Of a stretch of DNA of 56,280 nucleotides, positions 56,167 through 56,280 are shown piece after piece. The stretch is taken from assembly GCA_013334575.1 (NCBI GenBank), contig JAAXXG010000007.1:1-56280 (forward strand). Reading direction: 5' to 3'. Below the pieces are notes generated by a model. That model had not been told where the DNA came from and did no database searches. It worked only from the letters and a program-made list of their open reading frames with translations. A program made the position numbers and the translations under genes. Origin of the DNA: Candidatus Moraniibacteriota bacterium (GTDB lineage Bacteria > Patescibacteriota > Minisyncoccia > Moranbacterales > UBA1568). How positions within the stretch are numbered: the stretch's first letter is position 1; every line of letters starts with the position of its first letter.

Positions 56167-56280
56167 GAACGAAGCCGCCCAACCGGACGGCTTCTTTTTT
56201 TTGTCCGCATCGGAAGCGCGTGCTCCCATTTCCGAAATCCGATTTCACCGTATTCCCCCTCTCCCTCCGGGAGAGGGCTG
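56167..56280 (+). repeat. Direct repeat copy 2 (truncated by the window end)
   Basis: Identical to 54435..54548. Starts 16 nt after the stop of 55060..56151. Its true extent is unknown. Confidence 0.95.
56171..56202 (+). terminator. Terminator of 55060..56151 (inside repeat copy 2)
   Basis: Same sequence as 54439..54470. Lies 20 nt after the stop codon. Confidence 0.75.

Noticed and set aside
54435-56280. Interpreting the 114-bp repeats as integron attC sites or as transposon/IS ends.
   Set aside because: No integrase or transposase is in the window. The repeats are direct and perfectly identical, whereas attC sites are divergent imperfect palindromes. The bracketed gene also has its own strong promoter, unlike an integron cassette. 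The question is left open as an unexplained repeat rather than called a mobile element.

Overview
This is a 56.3-kb, high-GC (roughly 60% by eye) bacterial chromosome segment, transcribed almost entirely from the minus strand. No database search was possible, so functional calls rest on motifs recognised in the ORF translations and on gene order.

Core content:
- A complete str/S10/spc ribosomal super-operon runs from rpsL to map (4.2-21.3 kb).
- S5 is followed directly by L15, so rpmD (L30) is absent. Together with the small-genome gene set, this suggests a CPR/Patescibacteria-type organism (inference only).
- Also present: an M50 protease, rpmB, a GPAT-like acyltransferase, and an M3-type [FeFe]-hydrogenase with a co-transcribed small membrane protein.
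- Then an interrupted L,D-transpeptidase, tRNA-Pro(GGG), ndk, a split comEC, and nrdR-ftsZ-ftsA.
- Then the dgkA-ybeY-yqeY-rpsU-HIT-hisS-lepB block, an LCP protein, pth, efp, rpsR-ssb-rpsF, a secreted coiled-coil lytic transglycosylase, recA, a rodZ-like gene and ftsK.

Most notable observations:
1. A 554-codon open frame at bases 1-1663 is missing from the ORF track. It encodes a tail-fibre-like surface protein.
2. A lower-GC, promoter-rich segment downstream of ftsK (50.4-56.3 kb) carries orphan or divergent genes. They include a PRAI/TrpF-like barrel, a divergent Maf-like protein, a 2-TM protein and small ORFs.
3. That segment also holds a perfect >=114-bp direct repeat bracketing one gene, and a 20-bp perfect palindrome in a long non-coding stretch.
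4. The L,D-transpeptidase lipoprotein gene carries an in-frame TAA.
5. An orphan gene upstream of ftsK is frameshifted, probably at an A4 run.
6. Stand-alone micro-ORF transcription units lie between dgkA and ftsA.
7. Structured spacers occur inside the ribosomal operon.

No CRISPR array, rRNA, transposase or integrase was seen. No single complete, clearly novel multi-gene system can be demonstrated from the sequence alone. The 50.4-56.3 kb segment is the best candidate.
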